The notes under the pieces were generated by a model, which saw nothing but the letters and a program-made list of their open reading frames with translations, did not search any database and had not been told where the DNA came from. DNA of 64,000 nt from Nitrospirota bacterium (GTDB lineage: Bacteria > Nitrospirota > UBA9217), in contig CAWJQQ010000001.1 in the NCBI GenBank assembly GCA_963845065.1, forward strand, positions 1 to 64,000, read 5' to 3'. Both the position numbers and the translations under genes were made by a program. Each line of letters starts with the position of its first letter. The stretch's first letter is position 1. Shown piece after piece: positions 43,423 through 55,241 of this stretch.

Positions 43423-44200
43423 TCAATTCTTCACGCCTAAAGAGGCTCGATTCTGATAATCTTTATATTTTAAATTCAGCAAAGCCTGTACTACATTTGC
43501 TTGGTATGCTGCATGCCCAGCATCCTGTGGCGAGGCATATCTTATAAAGTTCTCAAAAGCCTTAATCGCATCATCTACGAGACATTTTTGCAAAGGAATT
43601 CCTGAGGTTGTTGTGGGCTTCCGCATAACCAGGCTTAATCCTTATTGCCTCTTTGAATTCATTAATCGCATCATCTATGAGACCCTTGATAAAAAGGGAG
43701 TTCCCAAGGTTGTTGTGGGCTTCCGCATCATCAGGTTTTATCCTTATCGCCTCTTTGAATTCCTTAATCGCATCATCCATGAGACCTTTGTCAGCAAGGG
43801 CAAACCCAAGACCGTAGTGGGCTCTCGCATCATCAGGCTTTATCCTTATCGTCTCTTTGAATTCCTTAATTGCATCATCCATGAGACCTTTGACAACAAG
43901 GGAATTCCCAAGATAGTTGTGGGCTCTCGCATAATCAGGTTTTATCCTTATCGCCAATTTGAATTCCTTAATCGCATCATCTATGAGACCTTTAACAGCA
44001 AAGGCAATCCCAAGGTTGCAGTGGGCTTCTGCATCATCAGGTTTAATCCTTATCGCCTCTTCAAATTCCTTAATTGCATCATCTGTGAGACCTCTGTTCA
44101 AAAAGGCGATCCCACGGTCATCGTGGGTCACTTCAAGATCATGATTAATCCTCCTGGTATCTTCTTCCTTTTTCTTAAACAAACTGTCAAATGAGCCCAT
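43423..44200 (-). pseudogene. Tetratricopeptide-repeat protein (102-bp tandem repeats), frameshift at ~43590
   Basis: Five to six near-identical 34-aa KGLxDDAIKEFKEAIRIKPDxAxAH repeats; tail LVDDAIKAF in another frame. Confidence 0.85.
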
Positions 44201-44248
44201 AATATATTTTGCCTACTTAACTTTTTCTGAAGATTTGATAAATAACGC

Positions 44249-44615
44249 TTAAGGTGTTTTATGGTCCTTCCGTTTAAATGTTCAATAATGATCAATCCTA
44301 AATCCACACTAAATTAGCTATCACGATGCTGTCCATAACAATCACGAGAGGACTGGACGGCAGTTGTTCCTCTCCAATAGAAACGAACGATATGCCGAGC
44401 AATAGTCCCTTGACCTATTCACACCATTGATGTTCGGCGCTTAGCTGATAACTAAGATAGGACAAGCCGATACAAATAAGCGGCAATGCGCTCAACTGCT
44501 GATGGACGCATGTAAAACGCAATTGGTGCAAACCGTCGGATAGCAATAGAGCGAATATGCCATCTAAAATAGAATGACAAAAGATATACTGAGGAACAGC
44601 GAAAACGATATTTCT
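44249..44615 (-). pseudogene. Degenerate paralog of the 43020-43391 membrane protein
   Basis: Collinear nucleotide similarity (ATGGTCCTTCCG, ACGATGCTGTCCATAACA, AGTCCCTTGACC, GCAATTGGTGCAAAC) with indels and stops. Confidence 0.8.
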
Positions 44616-44786
44616 TCGAACGCCGAGAGGGATACACTCCGTTGAAAACCCGGATCAAAGACGATAATCACACCGCGCTCTTCTCAAATAAAACGTGCCG
44701 TAGTTATTTCTAAAAGGAAAAGTGTCCAACGCTGCCCAGCAAATCACTAAACTATACATCGGGTAGGCTAGCAAGCCCAGTAACGA

Positions 44787-45647
44787 CTAGTCCCCGACCT
44801 TTCCGCCCGCTGCTATCAGTTCCTTGATCACCCCTTCGACAACCCAATCCGGCGTAGAAGCTCCCGCCGTAATCCCGACTTTCTTAGCGTCTTTCAACCA
44901 CTCATACCGAAGCTCGTTAGCCAACTCGATATGATATGTATGCTTTCCTTCACGTTTGCACACATCGACAAGTCGGCTGGTATTGGCGCTGTTTCTACCC
45001 CCAACGACCAGCATTACATCGACTTGGCGAGCCAGGATCCGCGCCGCGTCCTGGCGCTCTTTCGTAGAACTACAAATTGTGTTGTAGATCTTTAATTCTT
45101 TGGAAAGACGCAATAATTTTAATACAATCTCTGAAAAATTGTCATACGATTGAGTCGTCTGCGCAACAATCCCCAACCGGCTTTGTAAGACGAGGCCTTC
45201 CAGGTCTTCGGCTTTCCCCACGACGACGACGTCGTCGGCATAGCACATGATGCTCTGGACCTCGGGATGTTCTTGTTCCCCCACAACGATGACCTGGTAA
45301 CCTTCTTTTTTCAGGGTCTCAGCGTCACGTTGCGCCTTTCTTACAAAGGGGCAGGTAAGATCGATGATATTCAGTTCCCTGTCACTGGCCTCGGTAAGCA
45401 CGCTGGGAGGCACGCCGTGAGAACGGATTATGATGGAGTCTCCTGGCTTGAGAGACGAAAAATTCTCAACGGTAGCAACTCCGGAAAGATTCAGGCGCTC
45501 CACTTCCTGAGGATTATGAATGATGGAGCCGAGACAAAATACTTTTCCCGTATGAGCAGCGTCGAATGCCGTATTGATCGCTCGCTTCACGCCGAAGCAG
45601 AAGCCCGATTTATCGGCCAACAATATTTCCATACATCCTTTACCCAT
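44787..45647 (-). CDS. ispH: 4-hydroxy-3-methylbut-2-enyl diphosphate reductase
   Basis: GFCFGVKRA, IIHNP, IRSHG, DLTCPFV, QTTQ, NTIC..T.ERQ, SANT, GITAGASTP. Confidence 0.95.
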   Translation of the reverse strand: MGKGCMEILLADKSGFCFGVKRAINTAFDAAHTGKVFCLGSIIHNPQEVERLNLSGVATVENFSSLKPGDSIIIRSHGVPPSVLTEASDRELNIIDLTCPFVRKAQRDAETLKKEGYQVIVVGEQEHPEVQSIMCYADDVVVVGKAEDLEGLVLQSRLGIVAQTTQSYDNFSEIVLKLLRLSKELKIYNTICSSTKERQDAARILARQVDVMLVVGGRNSANTSRLVDVCKREGKHTYHIELANELRYEWLKDAKKVGITAGASTPDWVVEGVIKELIAAGGKVGD

Positions 45648-45786
45648 ACAGTCAGGACAAAGACCTTCTATTTACCACCAAATCAGGCGCTACGGTCGCA
45701 AAGGTTTTCATACGAAAAAATAACCACCAGTGAATAATTTTATACATGAGTGTAATTATCGAGCTGTTTACATTTATCATTCGTTG

Positions 45787-46110
45787 CTATATCAGATTCC
45801 CGAACAGTATGATCATTCCTCCGCATATAATTACGCACAAGCCTATCCATGTAGCAACCGGTATATTTTTCTTCAATACAAAGCGTCTAAACAATATGCT
45901 TATAAGCGCAAAGAAGGCGATATATGCTCCGAGCAATTTCGAAAAATCCCATTTCATCGTGTTAACCACTACGCCATAGCAACCCAACATGACGAAACCG
46001 ATCATAATGGTGATGAGGCCGCTTACGCGAAGCCCATTGCTGACCATCGCGTTACCCCCGACTGCTAGAACTGCAGCAGCGATGAAAACAAGCCAAGCTA
46101 TAGACGTCAT
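45787..46110 (-). CDS. Small four-TM membrane protein (DMT/SMR-like)
   Basis: Four hydrophobic helices; GGAGG RBS before ATG at 46110. Confidence 0.7.
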   Translation of the reverse strand: MTSIAWLVFIAAAVLAVGGNAMVSNGLRVSGLITIMIGFVMLGCYGVVVNTMKWDFSKLLGAYIAFFALISILFRRFVLKKNIPVATWIGLCVIICGGMIILFGNLI

Positions 46111-46145
46111 CGTCAACCTCCCTAATCTGTGTATATTGATATGCT

Positions 46146-46162
46146 TGCAAGGCAGGTGCCAA
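46146..46162 (-). promoter_or_regulatory. Sigma54 -24/-12 promoter
   Basis: TTGGCACCTGCCTTGCA matches TGGCAC-N5-TTGC. Confidence 0.7.
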
Positions 46163-46561
46163 ACTCGCATAGATGAATAAACCCGTAAAGCGACTAATTT
46201 CACTGCTCAAACTTGAAAAGTTGTCACGCTGCAGAAATATTTTCTATTTCAAAATGATGAAATTGTGGACAAATGATCTATAAACGGGCAGAGGTCAATC
46301 GATGCTTGCTCAACCTTTTATGACGAAGTGAACGGTTCACTCTGTTGCTTGCGAATGTGCTTTCCCATATGCCTGAGGTTGAATGGGTTATAATTGCTAT
46401 TATGCGTTTTGATGCATTCAACGGATGATGGGAAAATGATCTAGCCTTATTCTTGTACCACGTAGAGAGTTGCACTTTTAAGAAGTCAAAGATGGCATAT
46501 TCTTATGGGTAAATGGTGTCGAAAGGAGTGTTGGCAATGAGAATAAAACGGGGTGGAAAAC

Positions 46562-46716
46562 TAACAAATACGGGTTGGTAATTGCAATATTAAAAATGTG
46601 ACGGCATCAACAACTACAGGATGAAGATGTTGAGAGAAAACTTAATCACAAAATGCAAAGATACAAATTGAATTTTACACCTTCGCCATTATTATATGAA
46701 ACTCGACTTCACAAAC
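46562..46716 (+). repeat. Modular intergenic repeat (46+99 bp)
   Basis: TAACAAATAC|..CAACTAC|AGGATG (46618)..GAAACTCGACTTCACAAAC. Confidence 0.85.
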
Positions 46717-46919
46717 ATGTACTGACTATTGATAAAAAACGGATCACGTAAAACATGCATCAACACCCGAGTGAAGGGCACTAACCGCATTGCTCCTCTC
46801 CCCGGCTGGTTGAAATCATTGTGTCGGCTTTCATTTTGCTCATCTCGCTTTTTGCATTATTTATCTACTCCCCATGTTCACTTACGTCACGTATCCGTGA
46901 AGCTGTATGGAGCAACTCG

Positions 46920-49532
46920 CTATTGATCGAGCACTTCCCTGACCATCCGCAGTAGAGCCTGGGGAGAAGACGGCTTCGAGAGAAAATGCAGTCCTTTCTC
47001 GAGCACGCCTTCTTTCTGGATCAGGTCAGCCGGATAACCGCTCGTGAAGATCACCTTTACGTTCGGATTAAAACGCTTCATCTCCTCGAAGACCTCCTTG
47101 CCGTTCTTCTTAGGCATGATGACGTCCAGGATGAACAGGCTGATCCGGTCCCGGTGCGCCCCGAACTTCTGCAGTGCCTCTTTCCCGTCCACAGCCTCGA
47201 TGACGGTATACCCGAACTCCTGCAGCACATTTCTGTTCAACAGTCTTACCGTCTCATTGTCTTCAGCAAGCAGGATAGTCTCCGTTCCTCTTCGAAGCGG
47301 CTGTTGGGCCCCGGGATGCCGGTCTTCTCCAGTTGGGGCACCGACGAACGGGAAGTATATCTTAAACGTCGTTCCTGTACCGACCTCGCTATATACGTTA
47401 ATATAGCCGTTATTCTGTTTTACGATGCCATATACGATGGCAAGCCCAAGTCCTGTCCCTCTACCGAGTTCTTTGGTCGTGAAGAAGGGTTCAAAGATCT
47501 TCTGCCGGGTACGTTCATCCATGCCTTCCCCGCTGTCATTTACGCTCAGCACAGCGTAGACCCCCGGCGAACCATAGCCATGCCTCCTAACGTACTCATC
47601 GTCGAGCACCACCCGTTCCGTCCCGATAATGAGCCGTCCTCCTTTCGGCATGGCGTCACGTGCGTTGGTGGCGAGGTTCATCAATATCTGCTCGATCTGG
47701 CTGGCATCAGCATAGATCGTCAGTGCTTCGTTATGCAGGGATGTGGTCAGGGCGATATCCTCGCCGATGATCCGGGAGAGAAGCTTTTCGACCTTCCGTA
47801 TGGCGTCATTGAGGTCCATGTCCTTCGGATTGATGACCTGCTTCCTGCTGAAGGCAAGGAGGCTCTGGGTCAGGCTGGCCGCGCGCTCGGCTGCCGTCAG
47901 GACCTGTTCTATATGTACGCGGGAAGGGTCATCATCCTTCATGTGCATGTGGATAAGATTCCCGTACCCGACGATCGCAGCGAGCATATTATTAAAGTCG
48001 TGTGCGATGCCGCCCGCAAGCTGGCCGATGGATTCCATTTTTTGCGACTGTAATAACTGGGACTGGAGCTTCTCCCGCTCCACTTCGGCCAGTTTCTGAT
48101 CGGTGATGTCTAGGACGGCGCCGATGGTGCGTACCGGACGGCGCGCGTCACCTTCGCCTTCAAAAAAAGTTTGCGAACGAGTGGTCAACCATCGGACCTC
48201 ACCGTCCCGGCGTATGATCCGATGCTCAATGTCGAAGAGACCGTCGCCTGCCGGGTCATGAGAGCGCCGAACAGCGGCCGTGATTCGCTCGCGATCCTCG
48301 GGGTTGACTTGAGTGATAAACCCCGCCAGGGTTACCGTTTCCTCGGAGCCCCAGCCATAGTTTTGCCTTTGCTGCGGCGACCAGTAGATCGTGTCAGTCA
48401 GGTGGTTGTGATCGAAGATGCCGATATGAGAGGCACGGACGGCCTGCTGCAATCGTTCCTCGCTTGCTTGCAATTTTTGCTCGCTTTCTACGAGCGAATC
48501 TTCCGCCTGCCTACGGACAATAATACCGGCTAAGGTGTTTGAAATTGTTACGAGCAATTCCTGCTCTCTTTCATTTCTTTTATATCTATCTTTCATATAG
48601 ACATTTAACACACCCAGTACTCTCCCGGAGAAAATTATAGGGACACAGTAATGCCCATGTGGAACGATGCCGTCGTGACAAATTTCATGACGCTCATCAA
48701 CGCTATCGATAAAAAAGACTTTTTGTGCGAATGCAGCTTGTCCGCAGATGCATTTGTCCATAGGAATACGTGCACACATTTTTTGAATCCGTTCGTCGAG
48801 ATTTCTTTGGGCTTTTAAAACCAAAAATCCAGGGTCATTCTCAACAAGAAATATAGCTCCTCTCGATTGAACGACAAGCCAGGGGATCGTGAGGACAAGG
48901 TCCAGGGCGCGATTGAGAATGTCCTCAAGAGGAACCTTTTCCAGAGAGAGACGCAATAATGCATTTATAACTGCTTGTGTATCATAGTTCCGGTTAATTT
49001 CCTCTTCGGCGTGCTTACGTTCCGTGATATCTTGCAGGGTCTCGATGGCTGCAATTAAAACTCCTTTGCTGTCGTAGAGGGGTGCGGCATCGAAAAGAAT
49101 ATATCGTTCTTTGCCGTGCAGGTTCTCATACCAGCCTTCCGCATGAAAGCCATTCGGCACAAGTGTTGACTTAGCATAGGTGGTGTAAAGGTCGGGAAGC
49201 TTGTCAATTTCGGCGTCAATAATGATGTCCGCAATACAAGGGCGCTTATGATCGTAAAATGGCTTCCATTGATCGTCGGTTCCTATCATCTCGGCATCAC
49301 GGAAGCCGGTGAGTTCTTCGCATGCCTTATTCCAAAGAACTATTTTATGCTGAGCGTCCAGAACGAAGGTCGCAACTGCGGAGATATCAATAAGATTGTC
49401 GGAGAATTTTTTTTGCTCCCGTAAGGAATCTTTCATCTTTGGTTGTCCTGACTTGTTGTGGCTTAATAAAATCCCACTTGGTCGAAAAACAAATACATCC
49501 CGATGGTAATAATATTTGACCTTATTCCGCAA
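46920..49532 (-). CDS. PAS-GAF-PAS hybrid histidine kinase/receiver
   Basis: [39 protein letters not shown] domain; start may be ATG at 49436. Confidence 0.93.
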   Translation of the reverse strand: MRNKVKYYYHRDVFVFRPSGILLSHNKSGQPKMKDSLREQKKFSDNLIDISAVATFVLDAQHKIVLWNKACEELTGFRDAEMIGTDDQWKPFYDHKRPCIADIIIDAEIDKLPDLYTTYAKSTLVPNGFHAEGWYENLHGKERYILFDAAPLYDSKGVLIAAIETLQDITERKHAEEEINRNYDTQAVINALLRLSLEKVPLEDILNRALDLVLTIPWLVVQSRGAIFLVENDPGFLVLKAQRNLDERIQKMCARIPMDKCICGQAAFAQKVFFIDSVDERHEICHDGIVPHGHYCVPIIFSGRVLGVLNVYMKDRYKRNEREQELLVTISNTLAGIIVRRQAEDSLVESEQKLQASEERLQQAVRASHIGIFDHNHLTDTIYWSPQQRQNYGWGSEETVTLAGFITQVNPEDRERITAAVRRSHDPAGDGLFDIEHRIIRRDGEVRWLTTRSQTFFEGEGDARRPVRTIGAVLDITDQKLAEVEREKLQSQLLQSQKMESIGQLAGGIAHDFNNMLAAIVGYGNLIHMHMKDDDPSRVHIEQVLTAAERAASLTQSLLAFSRKQVINPKDMDLNDAIRKVEKLLSRIIGEDIALTTSLHNEALTIYADASQIEQILMNLATNARDAMPKGGRLIIGTERVVLDDEYVRRHGYGSPGVYAVLSVNDSGEGMDERTRQKIFEPFFTTKELGRGTGLGLAIVYGIVKQNNGYINVYSEVGTGTTFKIYFPFVGAPTGEDRHPGAQQPLRRGTETILLAEDNETVRLLNRNVLQEFGYTVIEAVDGKEALQKFGAHRDRISLFILDVIMPKKNGKEVFEEMKRFNPNVKVIFTSGYPADLIQKEGVLEKGLHFLSKPSSPQALLRMVREVLDQ

Positions 49533-49654
49533 CGAATATATGCTTACTTCAGAGCGATGTCAATGACGTTGAATGGACGTGGTATCGAATGAGTATCGAA
49601 TGAGTATGGGTAACCTCCGATGGGGTATTTTAGAGGTAGATGTATAAAATGTTC

Positions 49655-49770
49655 TAGTTGTAAATTACATTATTGCAATGAATGGAAACCCGTTTGCTTC
49701 AGGATGTTGTTGTTGACAGAAATCTTTATCACAAAATGCAAAGATACTAAATGAATTTTGCACCTTTGCT
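49655..49770 (+). repeat. Modular intergenic repeat, partial copy
   Basis: 46-bp module ending CGTTTGCTTC|AGGATG (49701)..ATCACAAAATGCAAAGATAC..TGAATTTTGCACCTT. Confidence 0.8.
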
Positions 49771-50115
49771 AATATATATAACATAAGACAGTCTTACTTT
49801 TAATCATAAGGTCTGTAGCTGGTTGAAGATGCATATCTTTGGAACATATCAGGTTACACTCTGAGCTTAGCACTTTTCGGATAATAATATTCCATATCAG
49901 CTAATCTGCAATCAATGTATACTCCCAAATACCCTATTTCTTTTCTTGCCCTTTCTATCAAGTTATAGTAAAGTTTTTAAAAATTTGTGTCTGTCTATCT
50001 TCCATGGGTGGAAATGACCGCTGACCCGGAATCCATCTAGCGTCATCGCATTCCGGAAAGAGCGTGAACGAGCCTAAAACCACCTTCAATAAGGAAACCA
50101 GATTCCGATTAACTC

Positions 50116-52350
50116 ATGAAAACCTCTCAGATTTTAAAAGTGGCTCAATTAGCACACAAATTTACATTAACTGCTACCATTCTTGTTAGCACGGCCCTTC
50201 TTACAACACTCTCAGTTGTCTTTTGTTATATTGTGTTTGCGATTTGGGAACCAGGATTCTTTCATAATATAATTTCATTGCTTTTGCCAGTCCTCACCCC
50301 ACTTTTAGTAACACCGCTTCTTGCAATAATATTTTTCTTTATAATCCGTTCAATGGTTGAAATGGACGCCATATTACGGGCGCAGAATGTAAAATTGGAA
50401 CAGGAAATCGTCGAGCGCAACCAAGCTGAGGAAAACCTGAAAAACCGCAATGCTTTTATAGAAACGATCTTGAATAATCTGCCAATCGGGTTAGCAGTAA
50501 ATAAAATCGCAGATGGTAAAGCGATTTACCTAAACGAGAAATTCGAAGAGATATATGGATGGCCAAAGAATGTTTTTACGGACGTTGATAATTTCTTTCT
50601 CCATGTGATGCCGGATCCTGTTCAAAGAAAAACAAGAAAAGAAATAATAATGTCCGATATTGTCAGCGGAGATCCGTCAAGGATGCACTGGGAAAACGAG
50701 GTAGTCACCAACCAACGGGGAGAAACAAAATTTGTCACTGCGGTTAATATCCCGCTATATGAGCAGGATTTGATGATTTCAACAGTACAGGATGTCACAG
50801 AACGAATCTCTGGTGAAAAAGCTCTCACCAAGAGCGAGAGGCGCTTCAAGCGGCTTGTTGAGTCGGTAACGGACTACATATATGCTGTCAAGGTCGAAAA
50901 CGGGCTCCCGGTAGCAATTTTGCATGGTCCGGGATGCTTGGCTGTTACCGGTTACACCTCCGAGGAGTTTGATGCAAACCTAAACTTATGGCATCGAATC
51001 ATCCATCCTGCAGATCTCTTTGCCGTTACGGAATATGAGAAGAAAGTGCTCGAAGGCATCTCTATGAACCCCTTGGAATACCGGATTATGCATAAAGACG
51101 GCACTATTCGGTGGGTGAGGAACACCGCTGTTTTACGTTTTGACAAAAATGAGAATTTGATCGACTATGACAGCCTTGTTTCCGACATTACCCCGCTGAA
51201 GCAGCTCGAGGCGCAGCTCCGTCACGCACAGAAAATGGAAGCTGTGGGTCAGTTGGCTGGAGGAGTTGCTCATGACTTCAACAATATTCTCACAGCCATT
51301 ATCGGCTATGGCAACCTACTCTTGAAAAAACTTCCAGAAGGAGATTCGTTAAACGACTACGCCCAGCATATCCTTGCATCTGCAGAACGGGCATCGCGTC
51401 TTACTCACAGTCTCCTTGCTTTCAGCAGAAAACAGGTTATCGATTTAAAGCCAGTTGATGTAAACGAGATCATAAGTCGGGTCGAGAAACTGTTGCTCAT
51501 GGTCATCGGAGAAGACATCGAAATTAAAACACGGCTCAGTAAACAAGACTTGCCTGTCTTGGCGGACGGCATGCAAATTGAACAGGTAATGATAAATTTG
51601 GCTACGAATGCTCGTGATGCTATGCTGACAGGTGGGCTTTTATTGATTGAAACGGATTCGTGCGAGATAGACGAGGACTTCCTGAAGACTCATGCATATG
51701 GTAAACCCGGAACATATGCCCTCATCGCGGTAACGGACACCGGTATCGGCATGGATGAAGATATCCGAGCAAAAATTTTCGAGCCATTTTTTACGACTAA
51801 GGAAGTTGGAAAAGGCACGGGACTTGGACTTGCCATGGTGTATGGTATAGTTAAGCAGCACAACGGCTATATTAATGTTTACAGCGAACCCAGTAAGGGC
51901 ACAACGTTTAAAATATACCTTCCTCTCATTTTTGAAGCGGTCCCCACAGAGAAAAAGCGCTCACCGATAATCATGTGTCGAGGCACGGAAACTATTCTGC
52001 TTGCAGAGGATGACGGTGAAGTACGCATTCTCATACGAACATTACTCACGGATGCTGGCTATAAGGTCATAGAGGCTATCGATGGCGAGGACGCGATTCA
52101 GAAATTTAGGAAAAATGATGACATAGAATTAGTTGTTAGCGACATCATCATGCCAAAAAAGAACGGCAAAGAAATGTATTTAGAAATAAAAAAGTTTCGA
52201 CCTGAAATTAAAGTAATATTCACAAGCGGGTACACGTCAGACATTATCAACAAGACGGGAGTTCTTGATATGGGGTTGGATTTTGTCCTAAAACCGATAG
52301 CAACCGTAGAATTCCTTCAGAAAATAAGAGAAGCTTTGGATAAAGAATGA
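50116..52350 (+). CDS. Membrane-bound PAS-PAS hybrid histidine kinase/receiver
   Basis: Two TM helices, [26 protein letters not shown] domain. Confidence 0.93.
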   Translation: MKTSQILKVAQLAHKFTLTATILVSTALLTTLSVVFCYIVFAIWEPGFFHNIISLLLPVLTPLLVTPLLAIIFFFIIRSMVEMDAILRAQNVKLEQEIVERNQAEENLKNRNAFIETILNNLPIGLAVNKIADGKAIYLNEKFEEIYGWPKNVFTDVDNFFLHVMPDPVQRKTRKEIIMSDIVSGDPSRMHWENEVVTNQRGETKFVTAVNIPLYEQDLMISTVQDVTERISGEKALTKSERRFKRLVESVTDYIYAVKVENGLPVAILHGPGCLAVTGYTSEEFDANLNLWHRIIHPADLFAVTEYEKKVLEGISMNPLEYRIMHKDGTIRWVRNTAVLRFDKNENLIDYDSLVSDITPLKQLEAQLRHAQKMEAVGQLAGGVAHDFNNILTAIIGYGNLLLKKLPEGDSLNDYAQHILASAERASRLTHSLLAFSRKQVIDLKPVDVNEIISRVEKLLLMVIGEDIEIKTRLSKQDLPVLADGMQIEQVMINLATNARDAMLTGGLLLIETDSCEIDEDFLKTHAYGKPGTYALIAVTDTGIGMDEDIRAKIFEPFFTTKEVGKGTGLGLAMVYGIVKQHNGYINVYSEPSKGTTFKIYLPLIFEAVPTEKKRSPIIMCRGTETILLAEDDGEVRILIRTLLTDAGYKVIEAIDGEDAIQKFRKNDDIELVVSDIIMPKKNGKEMYLEIKKFRPEIKVIFTSGYTSDIINKTGVLDMGLDFVLKPIATVEFLQKIREALDKE

Positions 52351-52509
52351 CATTCAAATCCCAGTATGGTCAAAAAACTCATGCAGCCTCACGATAATAA
52401 TATTTGAGCAGTCCCCCCACCCTCTGGCGACATTTAATCGTATTGTTGGAAACCATCCAGGGGAGTGGGTGGACTGCGAACTTATGAAAAAGTTAAAGGT
52501 GTAGCAAAT

Positions 52510-52530
52510 AAAAAGGGGCCTTTCGGCCCC
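52510..52530 (-). terminator. Intrinsic terminator
   Basis: GGGGCC-GAAA-GGCCCC-TTTTT on the minus strand. Confidence 0.55.
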
Positions 52531-53072
52531 CCAAAGGACACGCCCGCTAAGCGTCTTTTGGCTTTTCTTCAAAAACACCTTCAAGGTTTCCCTTTTTTGA
52601 CGCTTCTCTATCAGAGCATAGCCAACTGCCCCCTACAGAACTTACATAAAAAGAAAAAGCAAAAAATTGCATTGTCAAGAAGTAGGGACTTCTATATGCA
52701 CCTAAAAACCAAAATTCACCTATATACGATCTAACTTTGAAAAAATTAAAATATAGTGATACAAAAAATTCAAAAAAACTAGCAAGCGCAAAAAGAAAGC
52801 AAGAAGCTTGAAAAACTAATGCATATTTAATTATCATTTTTTTTATCTTTATATTTAACATAAAATTCTCCGTACACAATATCTATGGAGCTACTTCTGC
52901 CGGAACTTCTGGCGCTGGTGCTTCCGGTGTATAATTTGAATTTTTTGGAGGTCCGGCACCTACACTGGGAGCAGTTGTGCACGCCTGGAGTTTATGATAC
53001 CAGAATCACGGAAAATCGGGTAACACTTTCGAGATGAAATATTGATTGTTGACAAAAAAACTCCACCAGTTC

Positions 53073-53210
53073 AGGATGATCTTATGACTGTAAACTTCAA
53101 GTAGAAGTCTAGTCGACTTCGCTGATCGCAATGATCCGATCTGCACCTACAAGTGTGCAATCACAGTTGTATAGTCAGAGGTGCAGAATATCAGTTGAAA
53201 CTTGCATAAC
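53073..53210 (+). repeat. Modular repeat variant (78+60 bp)
   Basis: AGTTC|AGGATG..CACCTAC (53144)|AAGTGTGCA..GAGGTGCAGAATA..GAAACTTGCATAAC. Confidence 0.75.
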
Positions 53211-53355
53211 TTTCGAGTTCTGGCCACGGCCCGTTAGGGATGTTGCGCGGTAAGGTGGAGGGGTCTGATGGGAATATCGGGTAGCAGATCCCGATGTTGT
53301 GAGATGAGAATATCGTAAATAGATGCCGAAGTCAAGATAACAGCGCGCCGGACGC

Positions 53356-53387
53356 AAAAAAAACTACCTGCCCCTTTGGACAGGTAG
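53356..53387 (-). terminator. Intrinsic terminator
   Basis: CTACCTG-N10-CAGGTAG followed by T8 on the minus strand. Confidence 0.65.
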
Positions 53388-53527
53388 CGATGAGACGACC
53401 TCGACCTCTCGAAACACCAGTGATGGAGGACCCCTCAGGGCCACCTATTAACGGCAGCGCTTCCCTTACGCGGCTTTCGCCGCCTTGCTCCTCCACTCCA
53501 GAGTGATCTCCTCGGCGAGGTCGTCGG

Positions 53528-53851
53528 TCAATGGACGGAAATGACGCAGTTATTGGTTCCAAACGGATTGGGAACCAGTTCAGAGCATTTCAGGTCCGAA
53601 GCCCAGGCCCCATCGACGAAATACTTATACTCGTGCTTCCCTGGTGTCAGTTTGAGCTTGATCCTCCAGGTCCCGTCCTTGCCTTTCTTCATGGGCATCG
53701 AGCTCGTATCCCATGCATTGAACTTTCCGGCGATGCAGACCTTTCTGGCTTCCGGCGCATGGAATATGAACTCCACTTCATGCGTGGCTCCGATCATCTG
53801 GGGTCCGATGAAGGACCCGCTCATCTTCTTGACAACCTCTAATACTGCCAT
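53528..53851 (-). CDS. Glycogen-binding CBM48/AMPK-beta-like domain protein
   Basis: APEARKVCIAGKFNAW, GKHEYKYFVDGAW, NPFGTNN; AGGAGG RBS. Confidence 0.85.
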   Translation of the reverse strand: MAVLEVVKKMSGSFIGPQMIGATHEVEFIFHAPEARKVCIAGKFNAWDTSSMPMKKGKDGTWRIKLKLTPGKHEYKYFVDGAWASDLKCSELVPNPFGTNNCVISVH

Positions 53852-54056
53852 ATCAGCTACCTCCTGTTGGTGAATGTGAACTCCCCTTGTGCTCGCTGGA
53901 TCCTTCCTCTTGCCATGCAAGGACATCCTGAACTTCTGCCGGCATTCACCAGTCAATGGATCACAAGTCAAAGAGGCCAAGTCTTGTTCCGTGCATGAGC
54001 CTTTCGTTAATGAATAAAGCAGGAACAAGACTTGGCCCTATGATCTCTGATATCCC

Positions 54057-54938
54057 TTAAGCGGCTTTCGCCATCTTGCTCTTCCACTCCACGGTGGTCT
54101 CCTCGACGAAATCGTCAAAGGTCCGGGGCTTCTTGCCCAGGAGCTTCTGCGTCTTTTCGAGATCTTCCTTGGACGTGATCATACCGTTCGCCTGGAAGAA
54201 CTCATACATGATGCGCATCTCGGGGATCATGAACTCTGGCATCATGTTCTTCACCTTCTCTCCCCAGGCATTGAGGTCGTCCCCGCTGTAACGGACCTCC
54301 CGTCCCAGGTGCTTGGTGTAGATCCTGGCGGTCCCTTGGCCGGTCAGGGTATCGGGCCCATTAATGTCGTACGTCTGGCTTTCGTAACCGGATCGCATGA
54401 GCGCGTTGACCGCACAGTCGGCGATGTCGCGCACATCGACCCGGTTTAGCCCCTTCCCGCCGATGGGCTGGGGATAGACGCTGTACTGCATAATCGCGGA
54501 CCGTAGCCCTAGGTCGTTCTGGAAGAAATTATTCGGCCGGAGGATCGTATAGGCGATCTTCGATTCCTTGATGGCCTTCTCCACTGGGAGCTTGCTCCGG
54601 AAGTGCGGTATCTTTTCCGACCCTTCGGGCATGAAGACCGACAGATAGACGATCTTCCTGACCTTGGCCGCCTTTGCCGCGGACACGGCAGCAAGCCCTT
54701 CATCGCTCTCGCTCAGTCCCACCGTGTTCAGCAGGAAGAGGCTGTCGATGCCTTCAAATGCTGCGGGGAGCGTATCGGGATCATCCAGATCCGCCTTGTA
54801 CCCTTCCACGCCTATTGGCAGCCTCTTCAGTTTTTCCGGGGAATGGCTCATAACCCGGACCTTGACTCCCTCTTTCAGCAAACCGGCCACCACCATGTTT
54901 CCGACCGTACCTGTTCCACCAATGACGAGTGTCTTCAT
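54057..54938 (-). CDS. NmrA-family NAD(P)-binding SDR oxidoreductase
   Basis: VIGGTGTVG, PHFRSK, ILRPNNFFQN, VDVRDIA; GAGG RBS. Confidence 0.88.
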   Translation of the reverse strand: MKTLVIGGTGTVGNMVVAGLLKEGVKVRVMSHSPEKLKRLPIGVEGYKADLDDPDTLPAAFEGIDSLFLLNTVGLSESDEGLAAVSAAKAAKVRKIVYLSVFMPEGSEKIPHFRSKLPVEKAIKESKIAYTILRPNNFFQNDLGLRSAIMQYSVYPQPIGGKGLNRVDVRDIADCAVNALMRSGYESQTYDINGPDTLTGQGTARIYTKHLGREVRYSGDDLNAWGEKVKNMMPEFMIPEMRIMYEFFQANGMITSKEDLEKTQKLLGKKPRTFDDFVEETTVEWKSKMAKAA

Positions 54939-55241
54939 AACGTACCTCCTACCGCTGCTCACCGGAAGTCTTCGTATTGTTTTAATTGAAATTGAACTTG
55001 GCGAGAAGATGCTTACGTGACAGGAATACTTAACTGTTACACCGATAGAGCGGGAAGTCAATGTCTCCGGGGAATATAGTGCCTATTAGTACTACACTAA
55101 TGATCCCTTGCTAAGATCTCAAGCGTGCGACCGAGCGAAACGATCAGTTCCTTTGGCACAGAAGAGGCGGATCTGGACGGATGATACAGACGACAGGGTC
55201 TTAGACACTTCGGCCACTGAAGAATGCAGACCGGTCCCTTT

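Noticed and set aside
43571..44200. Diversity-generating retroelement TR/VR pair in the TPR repeats
   Set aside because: Repeats are in-frame 34-aa TPR units, and no reverse transcriptase is in the window.
49582..49607. GTATCGAATGA 11-bp tandem repeat
   Set aside because: Only about two units; most simply a local slippage duplication.
52465..52620. c-di-GMP riboswitch before the terminator at 52510-52530
   Set aside because: The GEMM consensus elements are not recognisable in this segment.
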